DNA of 62,968 nucleotides, counting the filler, from Choristocarpus tenellus KU-1152 (taxonomy: Eukaryota; Protista; Phaeophyceae): assembly GCA_964200185.2 (NCBI GenBank). It is 12 parts of 12 records of this genome, joined end to end, with 100 filler letters (N's around TTAATTAATTAA, not from the genome) between each part and the next. Parts side by side here need not be neighbours in the genome. Positions count along the whole stretch, not along the records: positions 25,184 to 30,258 come from CAXNAD020011957.1; positions 30,359 to 33,136 come from CAXNAD020024832.1; positions 33,237 to 40,151 come from CAXNAD020007071.1; 9 more parts are not named here. One strand, given 5' to 3'. Below the pieces are notes generated by a model that was given only the letters and a program-made list of their open reading frames with translations, was not told where the DNA came from and did not search any database. Shown one piece after another: positions 25,084-38,978 of this stretch. A program made the position numbers and the translations under genes. How positions within the stretch are numbered: the stretch's first letter is position 1; each line of letters opens with the position of its first letter.

Positions 25084-26551
25084 NNNNNNNNNNNNNNNNN
25101 NNNNNNNNNNNNNNNNNNNNNNNNNNNTTAATTAATTAANNNNNNNNNNNNNNNNNNNNNNNNNNNNNNNNNNNNNNNNNNNNCCACTGCATATACCATC
25201 GTGTTCCCTGGCATCCATCCCTCTCTCTCACTCAATCCCCCTCCCCCCCCCCGAAAAACTGGATGCTTCCTAATCCCTTCTCACGGCATATCCATTGGCC
25301 ACCACCCATTGCTTCAATCACCAAGAAGGATCACTGTAAAACTTTGAGCAAAGATTGAGGCTTGCTCAATCAACCCCACCCCTCTTCCCCTTACCAGACA
25401 TAGATATTGCCACAAAAGGAAAAAGGAGATGACAAATGAAGCTCCACACCGTTTGTTACTCCAGAGTCTGAGAGGATGCTGATAGCAAACACCTCTATGT
25501 CCCACCACGCATTCCACTATTGCTGCCTGTGGCATTGGTACAGATGGTGCCATGATCACAATGATTTCCTGTAAATGAAGTCCATCCTGAGCGGCACCGA
25601 GACTGAAGGGGGGTGTCACAAGGAAACCGTGTTGCAGAGCTTATGCACCCAAAGGGAACAAAACAAGTACTCCTATTGGTGTACTCCATACACTATGTGT
25701 ATACCATGCCTCCAATCTCTCGAAAATAACTATTTTCAGGACTTATTCTCCAGCCAGGCTTGTACAAAAAAAGGAATGTACCAATCAACAATAAAATGGT
25801 CAATCACGCATCCCCCACACTAAGCAACAATGCAATAAATAGAATACGCCACCACAAAGCCCACAGTCAGATCAGTAAACACACAACGACAAGAAAGGGT
25901 TGACTATGCACTACACAAGCTTTCCCAGTTCCACTCCAGCCTAGGAAATGTTGTGGCACTTTTTTGTCAGCAGCTGGAGGTGCTGTAGCAAACAATATCG
26001 CTAGTGGTACACCTAACAGTGCAAGCGACACACAATACCACAGAGTACTCCATATGCACCATCCCCGTTATCCTGCCCAAGGGCATTCTTCTCGCAGTGT
26101 CAAATCACTGTTTTCACTGTTCCATGTTTAAACGACCCCCAACATTTCCAAAACTTTACTTTAATTCCCTCCGACTCATCGGGGACCCCAAAACTTTTTC
26201 AGAGCACAAACCTAAAAAGTCAAGTGACCCCCCTCCACTGGGGAACCAGGAGGGGCACTCCTCTCAGAAAGCAAGCGATCCATGACCTCTGCAAAGGGTT
26301 AGGGTTATACTCGTCCATGCGGTTTACATGCAAAAGGAGTTGCGCATCACAACCTCTACAGTTATCCGTAAGCTCTTGGTAAAGTCTCTCACAGTAAGTA
26401 AGGTTCAAGGTCAGAGAGGGGATTCAATACGGACACAGTTCCCCACCCCATAGTGTGCACCATATCAAACAGGACAGTTCCTCCGTTAAGATTTTATCAA
26501 AAACGGAAACAAAAAAATCGTTGAAAATTACAAAGAAACAACTCCCATTCA

Positions 26552-26557
<6 letters not shown>

Positions 26558-26598
<41 letters not shown>
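26558..26598. repeat. (GA)n microsatellite
   Basis: About 20 GA units. Confidence 0.95.
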
Positions 26599-26603
<5 letters not shown>

Positions 26604-26706
26604 ATGTGTTTCCTCCACTTGGATCTACAAGCCCCCTTGCCCCACTCACAGATTTCCCTCACCACTACAATATCACAAAATTGCACATGTTGCTTGCCCG
26701 CCCACC

Positions 26707-29700
26707 TCACTTAGGACCAGCAGGTCCAGTAAGAAAGAGCCACCCACGGTCCCTTCGAACGATGGTGGCAAGTCTGGCGGCTGCCTCACAAGCTGCAGAC
26801 GGACTCACAACACTGGGGAAGCACACATGGAGCTCATCCCCCCCTTCCCCTCCGCCCAATCCCTCTCCATCAGCACTCCCACTAATCGACACAACCGTTT
26901 CAGTCTCCCCAACCTCGTAAACTAGGCTATTGCAAGGGTCGCTCTCGAACAACAACGTAGCTTCACCCTCAGCTCCTACATCTTCTCCCCTGTCCCCAAC
27001 ACGACCTTGAAACCCACCACTTCCACTGCCACCATCAGCTCCCTGAGCCCGCCTTTGCTCCCATTCATTTTCAACACACTGATTGCTTGAGGTGACCCCC
27101 ACAGCCTCCCCACCCCTTCCAGCGGACTCAATATCCCAGCGCCGCCAAAAACCCACCCAGTTCTCTCTGCAGCTCCCACGTCTCAGCCTCAGGGCACCTT
27201 TCGTATATTGTCCCCAGATTCTCTTTTGCCTAATGGGGTCATAGATGAGGGGCCCCACAAAAGGCGAAGAGAGAACTTGTGTTAACGGCACTGTTGTGGA
27301 AATTCTACTTCTCTTATCACTGCCATCTCTACCGTTTCCCCTTATTCCAGTCCTTGTCCCAGTGGGCAGACCACCTAGGCGATAGTAAAAGTGCAGGGCA
27401 CCTATGTAGGCACAGGAACGGGCCAAGATCACACGGCGTTCCTCGAGGGCCCGACAGCTGAGGTAGAGGTTCCAGTTACTCCCATCTAGTATGCTCTGAA
27501 AACGTTGCTCCAGGAGGGCTCGTGTCTTCCTGAATGCCTGAAACTGCTCTTGTGTGCCCTCTACAGACATGAGGATTAGACATGTGGGGCGGAACTCTGG
27601 TGCTGATTTTGATCCCTCATCCACCTCTTGTCCTTCCTCTTCTATTCCCTCCCTTGTATTCCGATATGTGTTCCTCCCCTTGCTGTGCATGCTCTCGTTG
27701 TCTGAGGGCGTTGATGACCTGGACTCACTCCCAACAGCTTTCTCATTCCCACTACTTTCAGGAGTGGATTGAAGAGGTAAGCCCTCTGTGGACACTTTCC
27801 CTAAGGGGGATGACCCCATGGATTCCGTTTCCATGCCTCCAATGGCTTTCCCACCTTCAATTTCTAAAGCAGAAGTACAGGAAGGGGGGTCAGCCTCCAA
27901 TGTCATGTTGCCTGCACCTTCTCCTGTTGAGGTGGTTCTGCTATTAGGCTCTATCTCCTGGTCACCATCAGTGACGGCATCCCCTCTTCTGGAGCTCAAT
28001 GAGATTGCACCTGGGTTGTTGTGTTCGACATGGTCCTCATCACCATTGACATGGAAACCAGTACCATCACTTTCCCCATTGCTTGTTACGCACACCCCAC
28101 CAGAAAGAGGTTGGGGTGTGGGCATTGTATCGTGGGGTTTCGGAGGATCAGGGGGGCTGCTGGGCTGCCGTGTATGTTCTTCGTTTCTCCTCATCTCTCC
28201 AGTAGCTCCAGAGGTAGAGGGGGGAAGAGATTGAGCACTCAATGGGGGTTCTAGAAATGCAATGTAGGCATACAGGTATCCTCGTTCATGGAATCGAGGG
28301 AGGCAGACAGGTGTCCAGGACTCAGCACGCCGCAGGGCAGACTGCGTTGCAACAAAGTTCACCAACAGAAGGACGTCCTGGGACCGTAGTTGGTGCTCTG
28401 GGGGTTGCTTTGGCTGGGCCATGGCCACCAATTCCTCCCCACAAAGCCACAGGGCGTAGAGGGTTCCAGAAACACGGGACCTGGCCACGGACAATGCAGC
28501 TGCAACTCTGGAACGCATTCCAGGTTCCATCCACACTGTCTCAACTCCCCCAGCCAGGAGGCGACCCCTTCCCCGCCCTGTCCTCGAAAGGTCCATGAGT
28601 CCGCGGAGAGACATGTCTGCACCTCCTAATAAACCCCGGAGGTCGAAACCAGGGGAGGTTTTGAACATCGAATGCATCTTTTTTCAGTTGGGGATAGGGA
28701 ACAGGGAGGAGTGGTATAACGGGTCAAGGGTACAGCCACCACTATCAATGCCCCTACGTCCTTCTGTCCTGAAGTAAATCTTTGGAAGGATGGGAGAGTG
28801 TGTGGAGTGTATGCTTTTCAAGTTCTAGGCTTTTCTGGTTGCTATTGCATGCCATTTGACAGCTACAAGGGATTGACAGAGGAGAAATTTGATGCAAAGC
28901 ATGTAGGGTAAAGGGAAGGCTGACTGCACTTGTTTCACGTATTTTTATTTCCTTAAGGTAGCATGTCTGAAGTAGTATGGGAAGGGCACAATGGAGGGCA
29001 AATAATGAGGTGATTCTTTTGAGAGTGGACAAGCGATGTCGGCTACATTCTCTTGTTGACGGTATAGGTCGAGACCTTACCAAGTATATGTCATAGGACA
29101 GTCGAGACGACAGCGGTCGAACACACTATTAGGCCAGTTGGGTAGGTTGAATTGAGTACATGATATCCAATGTTGCACCTTCCTCCCTTGTACAAACCAC
29201 GTAATATTCACAGGATGTGGCAATGAAGAAAATGGAGAACTTGTTCTACGGTTGCTTTAGAGCGAAACTGCGGAAATCTTCTGCAATGTAAGGTCAGGTA
29301 ATAACACAGCAGTGCAAGTGGTCTCGCCCAGGCCGTGACCTGTGATACAAGCGAGATCTGCACCTTGGACGTGAGAAGGAACAGAATGTTCGCGTACATG
29401 TACTCCAGCTGAAGCCGAAGAAACGCCTCGCAGCCACCTCCTTCGTCGTCTGAGGAACCGACGGCAACTAGAATGAGGTCTTGTCGACGAAGGAAGACGA
29501 AGAGGCGTCCCCCAATGGCAGAAATGGACTCCATTTCCTCGCCGCAGTCAGCAGAGAGAGAGAGGATTCCCTGTACAAGTCCCATGAGTGTCGAGAGGCA
29601 TTGTTCATCCCCATTCAATGAGAATATAGGCTTCCCAGCACTGCTGAGCACAAACACGTGATCCGTGCTCCAATCGAAGTCCTCTTTCTTTTCCTCTTCC

Positions 29701-29888
29701 TCTTCCACCCTGTCTACTCCTCCCACTTCTCCTTGTTGTTGATCCTGCACGTTGTCCCACTCCATACTCAGGCATTTCGTACCAACACTACCATCAGCGT
29801 TCCCCACTGCAGGCACAGAAAATTCCATTTCTTTGGGTTGAATAGGATACTCAACTGCTTTGGCGTGGTCCATTGCCTTTATTACCAT
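26707..29888 (-). CDS. MON1: Vacuolar fusion protein MON1 (SAND family; Rab7 GEF subunit)
   Basis: Exon ~29888-29364 (HVFVLSSAGKPIFSLNGDE...LMGLVQGIL...FVFLRRQDLILVAV...LRLQLEYMYANILFLLTSK, GT donor) joins in phase 0 to exon 28677-26707 (SPGFDLRGLLGG...QDVLLLVNFV...ESWTPVCLPRFHERGYLYAYIAFL...ELHVCFPS). The start codon is uncertain (29888, 29873 or an upstream exon). Confidence 0.93.
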
Positions 29889-30419
29889 GAAAACGAAAGT
29901 CGTGAGATGCCAAGGAGTTGAGATCAACAGTTCATTGAACCACAATTCCACATTTTCACAAGTTCTTTCTTGTGTGTGTGACAATAACGAATTGTTTAGT
30001 TTTTTCGTGATTGACATCTATTTGCTCACTAAGTGTATATTAATTTACCATATCGCTGGTTCGAAACCAAGCAACACCACTCTTTTTATGGAGACTTGAT
30101 TTCAACTGTCCGATGTCAACGTCACAACCAATTTGTTTTGCTCACGAATTCTGGATTATTATTATTCTTTTATTTTCTATTTTTGCATTCCTCCCTAATC
30201 CTCTCCTCTCCCTATTCTAACCCCCCTTGTGACCAACCAGGGCAAAACCCCTTTGCCANNNNNNNNNNNNNNNNNNNNNNNNNNNNNNNNNNNNNNNNNN
30301 NNTTAATTAATTAANNNNNNNNNNNNNNNNNNNNNNNNNNNNNNNNNNNNNNNNNNNNAAAACAACAAAAAAAAAAAAGAGGGGGGCGGAGGGGGGGGGG
30401 GAAGGAGGAAAAAGAGGAA

Positions 30420-30454
<35 letters not shown>

Positions 30455-31190
30455 GGGGTTAGAATAACAAAGGATTCGCTAGAATGACAGAGCATAGGTT
30501 AGAGTGATAGGGGATTGGATAGATGAGATATAGGGTGTAGCTGGCTCTTTTTATGGAGCGCTTGGCACTGATTGTGTTTGTGACAGTGTATGTATGAATG
30601 GACATTTTGAGTGATAGAGGAAAATTAACACTATTGGATGTGAAAAAAATCCAGTCATTTCATTGGCCAGATATAGCAATTGTGCTATATATCTAGGAGT
30701 ATACCACACCATTGGTCAATAAAAAAGAAACAATCGGACTATGTCATTGGTGGAAATGCAACCATTGGGCTGAGCAGTTGCATAAAATATTATCCTAACT
30801 ACACATTCCGCTCAATATCATTGTCGATGAAATATGTTCTTATTTCGATACATTAAACAGAGTAAATGTTACCAGTATCATCATCACAGTCATTTCAGCT
30901 TGATGATAAGAAACCGCCACCCTAACCCTTAAATAACAGCCCCCCCCCCCCCCCCCCCCAAACCCCCCCCCCCGTAAAACAAAAAAAAATACCCCATAAT
31001 AAAAATTTTTTAAAAAAAAAAATNNNNNNNNNNGAGCTGAATAAAAAAAAACCCCCCCCCCAACCCTCAAAAACACCCCCCCCCCCCCCCCCGCTGTAAA
31101 ACGCCTCCACTTGAAACGTACAAATGATCACCCTATAATACCATTGCTTCAAAAATACTATTTGAAGTGTCTCTCTATTATTGCCCGACG

Positions 31191-31357
31191 ACTTAATTGA
31201 CACCTTCCATCAACACCTTCAGGGGCCTCCCTCCCAACCATTGTCAACAGGGGACAAAGATCCACCAAAGTGTCTTATGCTTTTGTAGGATTACTTAATT
31301 GACACCCTCCATCAACACCTTCAGGGCCTCCCTCCCATTGTCATCGGGGGACAAAAG
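31191..31357. repeat. Short local duplication (2 x ~65 bp, ~100 bp period)
   Basis: acttaattgacacc(t/c)tccatcaacaccttcagg(g)gcctccctccc...ggggacaaa occurs twice. Confidence 0.85.
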
Positions 31358-32120
31358 TACACTCACCTGTCCACATACACATGCTGAGCTGTACTGTGAA
31401 AGGTTTCAGTCTGAAAAAGCCTCCCAAGATTTGTGACATTAAACACCCAACAGATTCAAATTAAGGTTCCCGCGCTTACCACTCACTCACTACGGCATTG
31501 TTGATTGGACAAAGGGTTAGGGTTAGATAAGTGCTAAATCTATACTGTACAAACTGATGCTAGAACGTTGAGGGAGTCAGCAAAACTTTGTACACAACAA
31601 TGTATCCAGGGGGGGGGAGGGAATGGGAAGGGAAAATCATTTTTTTTTAATTAAAGGCTTTGGGAGTGTGAGGAGCATTCGATCCACTACTGTGAAGTAC
31701 TGATACACTATCAATAAATATATTGATATTTATGTTATTGCTCTTAAAAGCATCTAAAAGCTATCACACCGACACCATTCATCAATCAAGTACCACAGAA
31801 ACGCCTTACATATTTTTTGAAACCATTAAACAATGAACCGGGCTGTACACCACCACTTCCAAAACAAGAAAACAGGGCATGTCAGCATGAGGTACACCTC
31901 TGAAGGTGTAAGCCAAATCTATCACGTCGTCAACAGCCTCTTTAACAGTCATACCACACATACCACACACATCATACCACCAACTCTCTACTCCAAACTA
32001 CATCCCCGGAGTACAGTCACAAAATATCAACATTTGACTCATATATATATAGGAGGCATTATTCTACAACCCATTTATGATATGACATTGATAGTAGTGA
32101 TATTCAAAGGAGACACTCAC

Positions 32121-32243
32121 TGGCTTGAGGTACCAAGGAGCCTCCTGACCCGTCTCTGATTCAAACAGTCCAAATATGTAGATAGTCTTCACCCAGGCGA
32201 TAAACTTGTCTAGCCCCTCCAATTCTTCCTTATCCGCCTCGAG
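32121..32243 (-). CDS. Putative internal exon of an unidentified gene
   Basis: 41 open codons bounded by AG and GTGAGT: LEADKEELEGLDKFIAWVKTIYIFGLFESETGQEAPWYLKP. No family recognised. Confidence 0.4.
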
Positions 32244-32288
32244 CTAGTCTCCCCACCCACCCACCCCCCACATCCACCGCCCACAAAA

Positions 32289-32293
32289 CACAC

Positions 32294-32351
<58 letters not shown>
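32289..32351. repeat. (CA)n microsatellite
   Basis: About 30 CA units. Confidence 0.95.
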
Positions 32352-32353
<2 letters not shown>

Positions 32354-32550
32354 CAAAAAGGAATAGTGCATTCAACCGAAACAGTCATAACAAAGATCAG
32401 TCAACACACAAACAGGACATGACATGCACAAGAGCATTTGATTCTTATTATCTATTAAAAAAAATAATCATGAGTTGTTTGAAGGGTCAAGGTCAAGGTG
32501 ACAGTCGAAGGACATTGCAGGGTGCGTTCAAATTTCATTGGCTGAAAAAA

Positions 32551-32581
<31 letters not shown>

Positions 32582-35500
32582 TGTACACCTTGAAGAGCTT
32601 AATTTAAAAAAAAACATATCGTAGAAATATTGGGGGAGGGGAGGGGAAAGGAGGGGTTTCACGAGTTCCCTTCTCAACTCTATTTTTTGACCTTAGCAAG
32701 ATTCAAATGCTCTTAATTATACCAGTAGTAGTAGTAGTAATAATAATAATAATAATAATAATGAACGACGATACGTTTATACTTACAGAATAATATCTGC
32801 ACCTCAAAACTCAAGGTTGGAATGGAAAAAATCTAACATCATTAAGAAATAAATAAATGTGTTAGTAGTGACTTGAACACTAAACGGTGATCACAGAAAA
32901 CTGAACATTAATAATAATTAAAAAAACAAGTAATTGGAACAATAACAATAACAACAAAAACAATAATAATAATATTAATAACATGGGTGCATCACAACAG
33001 CTGAGTAGGGTAGGATGTTTGAAAGTGAAAGGAGGGCAAATCGGCCGTGAGAGAGGAAATCGGGGGCTGGGGGGGGGGGGGGAAGGGGGGGGAAAGAACC
33101 CCAGGAGATTAGATTGGAGGGGAGGGACGGCAGGAGNNNNNNNNNNNNNNNNNNNNNNNNNNNNNNNNNNNNNNNNNNNNTTAATTAATTAANNNNNNNN
33201 NNNNNNNNNNNNNNNNNNNNNNNNNNNNNNNNNNNNATCAAAGGAGCCCTCGTAGTGGGTGCGCTTTCGCGCCTCGGCTGCAGCAGCAGCTACACCATTG
33301 CTGGCGGGTGAATGGGTGAGGTGGATTTTGTAGTATTGTTTTTCTTGTTTTTCTTTGAAGTGGAGTTATAAATAGGAGTATAGAGTTGATGCAGTTTGAA
33401 ATGTAGTGTCCCTTTTTCTTTCCTCTTAAAACCAACAATAACCAATTTCTATTACTCTATCTACTTCATTGTCAAGATAAGTGAGTGATGGATGGGATAA
33501 CAAAATATTCGAAAATCTTTGTGATTAGGTGCTTAGGAAATACTTTGAAAACAAGAACTGATTACTTTGAAAGATGCGTTGAAGTAAAAAACTTTTGAAG
33601 GTGAATATATATACATGTAGTAAGTAAAACAATATGGTGTTTAAAAGTTCGATGGATTGAGGGGGTGTGGAGTTGAAAATGGTTGATGAAAATGATGGAT
33701 AGTTTTTCAATATTGAATTGATTTTTCATTTGGTTTTCGTCTAACACATGTACAAAACCTCAAAAAAATAACACAATAATATATATAGATGATTAGTAGA
33801 TGATGTGTTTGTAAACAAAACAACAGAGTGAAGTAGGGTTGTGGAAGAATCCATGAAAATGTAGACATATCCTCGATGAATTTGCTGACGATATTTTGTC
33901 CATAAAATGTTGAATACATCATTATATGTTCTGTGGTTCTGTCTTTTCTTTGTCTCTTCCTCCCCTATACCTATTCATTTGAACAGATTGTAATACAGTG
34001 TTGTAGTGGATCAATTTCTAATCTTCGTTTTCTATTTTTTAAAGCTAGAACAAAGATAATTTCCAAAACAGAAAATGCTACTCCTGAGAAAGGGAGTTTT
34101 TCAGGGGAAATCTGTTGGTAACCTAAAACATTGTACAAGGACATGCTGAAATTCTCTTCCAGTCGTCTGTAGTTCAGGCAGTTCAGACAAACTTGACCTA
34201 GAGTCCCTCTGCCCTGGGAGCTGACTGAAGGTGTGCGATACCATGACCAATTAAAGAAGGGCAAATATTTTATTCGAGGATTGTTGTTCTGCATACTGAT
34301 GTACCTCTAATTCAACCAAACAACTCGATGTATTGTGCAACTGTAGAAATGTAGCGTTGGTCGGGGTTGCAGGAATTGATGGGCCATGTTGCTGATAGAG
34401 TCGAACTAGGTTGCACAGTGTCTATGGACACAGACCATCTTTCGGTCTTTTTGCATCGTGGTCTGTTTGCGAGTCTGTGTCTGGTGTCTGCTCAGGGGTA
34501 GAATTTACGATATAGGAGTTGCGTGATCTGGGCTGTCCAGGTTTTGATATCTTGACCAACGCGATTACCTCCCAGTTCGCTGTTTTGATCTCTTGTTGAG
34601 TACTCGTGCGTTTGCCTATTTCCTATCCCAAACTCTAGATCAACTCATGTTTGCTTGCCCTCGAGGTTGGTCGGGTAGTCCTGGGGGAGGTGACGGAGCT
34701 CATCTTCTCACAATCCTGGTTCTGCAGAGCATTCCTTTGACAGTCAGTGCTAAGGTCCGCCATATTCGCTATGAAACGATTTATTGTAGGGTTCTGAACG
34801 GTTCCCAAGGGTTCTTTTGTGGTGCGTGTAGGTCAAGCATCCAAGCGATCTACCTTGGACAAGAATCTGTAGGCGAAGTCGATAGATTCAACAGCTTAAC
34901 CTTGATTAGTTTTAGCAGAAATCTTGGCGAAACCCACAAATAGCGCTATTTTTCTCACTTGGGGCTTTCCCCTCTCTTGATTCAGCCTCGAGACATCATA
35001 CATAGTGCATGTGAAGACTTTGCAAAGCTGATGCAGGTCGACCAACTTGATAAAATCCCACTAAAAGCTTAAGTGTGGGAACATTTCTCTGATCCGAGTA
35101 TCATGATCCAACTGTGGATGGTCCATACAAGAGAGCTGAATCATCCCTGAAGCCCTGTACTTAATGTATCCGCCTATGTTCATTTTATGAATAGCAAAGG
35201 GGTTTGTTGATCAGCAAGATCAAGCCTGAACCTTTGCTACCCGTACAGGTGCACAGTGGTACTCGTACGTCACCACGCCCTCGAGCCGAGATTGGTTTCA
35301 AGTCCAATCTCCGTTGCCTTTCCAGACTTGCCATACTTAGGCGAGGGTTAGGACCCTTGTAAGAAGGCTGGCAGGGTTACGGAGAAGAGGGAGGTTGGGG
35401 ACTAGGTCTCTTTCAGGAGAAGGACCTGTGAAGAGTGAGAGCGTGATAGGAGGCAAAGTAGCGAGTCCTAGGAGGCTGTGCGTGGCCACCCCTGTGACAG

Positions 35501-36648
35501 ATTTGCCACACTATTAGGAACTAGAGGACAGCCGAGTTGTATTGCCAATAGGAAGGGACAATCAGAGAGTGTTTATGTGAAGGTGAGCTTGCGTTGGTTA
35601 AACTAGCTAAGCAGGTTGAGAAGATGGAGCTAGTGGTAAAGTTGGACTATATATATGTGTCCACATGAATGCATAAATATGTCTGTTTCTGCTCATATCG
35701 GATTTTGAGAGCAGGGTCTTCATTGAATATAGTGAGAAGGGTACATTAATACAAAGCAATTGTTGCAGTTGCTGCTATTGCTGGGGAGGGGTAAGGGTGT
35801 AGGCCTGGAAATCTGTCCAATGCATTGAGTGTCTTGAGTGCTTGTATGTCTTCCTCTGTGAGTGTTGCTTGATACCTATGTCTGAGTGTTCCTTGATAAC
35901 TATACTTGTGAGTTTTCTTTGATACCTAGGGTACTTAGTGTCTTGGTGCAGGACCATCAATGCTTTGGTGCATGACAAAACGTAATCAGAGCAGGGTTAA
36001 TTTTGGCATCAACAAGCATGCCGTTTAACTGTGTGGGGCAGGTTTGGAAGGAATGTTAGGAGTTGGAACAGTCCTTGATTTGAAGCTTGTGTCCTTGACC
36101 GTCTTTGAGCCTGACTGTGATGTTTGGTTTGTGGTGCAATACCTATGTGCTGTGAGGATGTCTGTGGTTTGTGAGTGCTTTGCTAACCCCATTCCTCATG
36201 CTTACTCTGACCTATGTCGTTTTTGGTACATACAGAGTAGAAATTGCTTCCCATTGATGTGTGAGTCAGTGTCTACTCTTAGAAAATGTTGCAAATGCTT
36301 ACTGGCATTAGAAGTCTGCAGTATATTTTTATTTGTAGTTACGCTGTTATTGAGGGCATGTTGCTGTGACTGTTGGTATGATCTTCTACACATTGTGTTT
36401 ATTTCCTAGAGTGCTGCATTAAGGGGATGGATGATCTTGTCATCCAGACTGTACTTGCAATGGTGATGTATGTATTTTCAGCACAAACTCCAACCCAGAG
36501 ACGCTCCCATTGAAGAAACTCCTGTCAAAGCTTGGATCTTGGTGTGTATGTTGTTTTGTGCCTCCCTTACCTCCAAGGACCCTATACCTAACCCTGCACT
36601 TGTCATCCCTAACCCTAAACCTAACCCTGTACCTCATTGTACACAGCC

Positions 36649-38244
36649 ATGCGACGGCTTGACACTGCCACCCAACGGTATGCATGGGGAAAACATGGAA
36701 CCAACAGCAAAGTAGCGCAGCTGAAGAAGGCAAGGACGCACACCCCGTACATGCCTTGCCCACAGTACAACTCCTGGAACCTAGTTGTCCAGAGTCTATC
36801 ATTGGTGGAGTCGAGAGAGCCTTTTTCTAGAGGGGAATAACCTCCCCCTTGTTAATTGTTTATCTTACAGAGTCAGGGAGTAATGCAGTACTGTCAAGAA
36901 GTCTAACCCTAACCCTAGGTAGGTCTTCAATTGTGCGTGCTAATGTGCTCTCAATTGTCGTCTTAATCCACCTGACCGACTTTTTGTCTACATATTGCCC
37001 TACCTTTTTGTCCTAACCCTGACCCTGGTCCTAATCCCAGCTCCAACTCTGAACCTGTTACAGTGAAGTAATGCAACATGTTTCTTGTTTGGTTTATTTT
37101 TGCCCAGTAGTGTGATGTAGGTACTCTGAGTTAGGGTTAGGGTTAGGTTAGGGTTAGGGTTAGGGTTAGGGTTAACTTCCAGCTTCCCCCGCAACCCTCT
37201 AATGAAGGGACTCCATCGGAATTTATTTCTTTGTTTATTCATTGTGTTGCGCCAAAACGCCTACAGGGAGGAAGGTGAATTTGAGGGTACCTTCTTTCGG
37301 CAGTGATTATCTACTTCCATGTTGATAGATTGGGGGTTGTCGATGATCAACCTGTTAGGAACACTTTTCCATATCTTCTGTCAGAAGTGAATGATAAATT
37401 TCTGATGAAATCACTCAGTGGTTACATGTGGCATTGATCCTACTCCTCAACCCTAACCCTAATTGAATCTATGATTCACACTTATTCAAGGGTCAACCTA
37501 AGGATGTAGCATGTATTTATTGATTGAACCTCAAACCCTAACACTAACCCTAAACCATAACACATGGCATATTGTATTGAAATGTATTGGATGTTTGACG
37601 ATCATGGATAGGTGGTGTGGTGCATACTTTAAGTCTCCCGATGGTGGTGACTGTGACTGTGAAAGAAAATGAGTGTAGTACCTGTATGACTTTAGGAGTC
37701 TTCATGGAACATCTGCTTGAGTAGAGATAATCCACTTAATTCTTGCCCCACCTCCCTAGTCCACACCCCGCCAACTGATACATATTTGCCCCACTTCTTC
37801 CACTTCTTTCTGCACCGGCTCTATGGGGGAACCTTGCACCTGTGCCGATTATTGTATTTTTTAAATCTTCATATCGGTGTTTGGAGTGGGTTGGTTCATT
37901 GCTAACTGACAGAAAGAAAAGCACCATTCTGCGACCAATAAACCTCTGATTTTTTTTCCCTCAGGGAGTAAAGTTTCATGTTCCTATTATCTTAGGTGGT
38001 GTGTTTGTAAAAACCCTTCCTCAACCCTCTATAGCTGGTACCAATCACACACCTAAACGAATCAACATCTTGATTTTTTGTACAAGACCACCTCTCCTTT
38101 GTGATTGTGTATTGCACAGGCTGAAAATCCAGATTTTCCAGTGAAGGAGGACATGACCTATGCGGAGCTATGGATGGGAACACATCCCAATGGTCCCAGC
38201 CGAGTGATGAGGGATGGTCATGGGGATTCCTCTGAGGTTGAAGG
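36649..38244 (+). CDS. MPI: Mannose-6-phosphate isomerase (type I PMI), two 5' coding exons
   Basis: Exon 36649-36729 MRRLDTATQRYAWGKHGTNSKVAQLKK and exon 38120-38244 AENPDFPVKEDMTYAELWMGTHPNGPSRV.... Q-x-YAWGK and YAELWMGTHP are type I PMI hallmarks. The remainder was not found on this contig. Confidence 0.9.
37131..37174 (+). repeat. Interstitial telomeric repeat (TTAGGG)n inside the MPI intron
   Basis: About seven units. Shorter tracts at 11908-11933, 36608-36627, 36903-36916, 37449-37462, 37534-37555, 38289-38322, 39230-39250 and 39646-39667. Confidence 0.9.
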
Positions 38245-38943
38245 GTAAGTGAAAGCACCTAGTAATGCTAGTACTTCAATCGAAATATCTAACCCTATCC
38301 CTAACCCTATCCCTAACGCTAACATTATTAGCGCCTTGAAAATAGGTGTGTGGTGGGGGGTGGGTGGGTGGGTGGGTTAAACTTCATGGGGCAGCACTAA
38401 AGGTAACATCTGTCACCAATGACAATTCATGGATTTATCATGTGTATTTTTTTGCTTCTGACCCTGAGGATGTCCATTTGCCTGTGACATGGTGGAATCT
38501 CACTGTAGACCCTGAGGATGTCCATGTTCACTTCACTTTTCACAAGAGTACTCTAGAGTACTTTATACCTTTGTTTGGTCGGATGTATGCCACTAAAAAA
38601 AAAGAAATGAAAAAGTTGATGGCATTTGTCGGCTCAGCTCGACATGGTTCGACTTTGCACAAGTTAAGTTTGTATTATATTCTACGAGGGGTGCGGACTA
38701 ACCTAGTTCCAATGTTTTCTATCAGGACTGGTCCATGACTGGTTCATGACCGGTCCTTGACTGTACTGTCTTAACTGTACTACGGGGACAGGCTATATCC
38801 ATGATCTGTACCCCAGTCATGCCCAGACTGATGAGAAATCCAACCAATGGGACCTATCGTTTACAAAAATAAATAAATATTCTTGATCCGTATTTATAAC
38901 CCCCCCAGAATGTGGGTGGCATTTGCATCTTGACGAAGTCCAG

Positions 38944-38978
38944 TTTGAATTTGAATTTGAATTTGAATTTGAATTTGA
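38944..38978. repeat. (TTTGAA)n microsatellite
   Basis: tttgaa repeated 5-6 times; a related (tcttgaa)3 lies at about 39104-39126. Confidence 0.85.
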
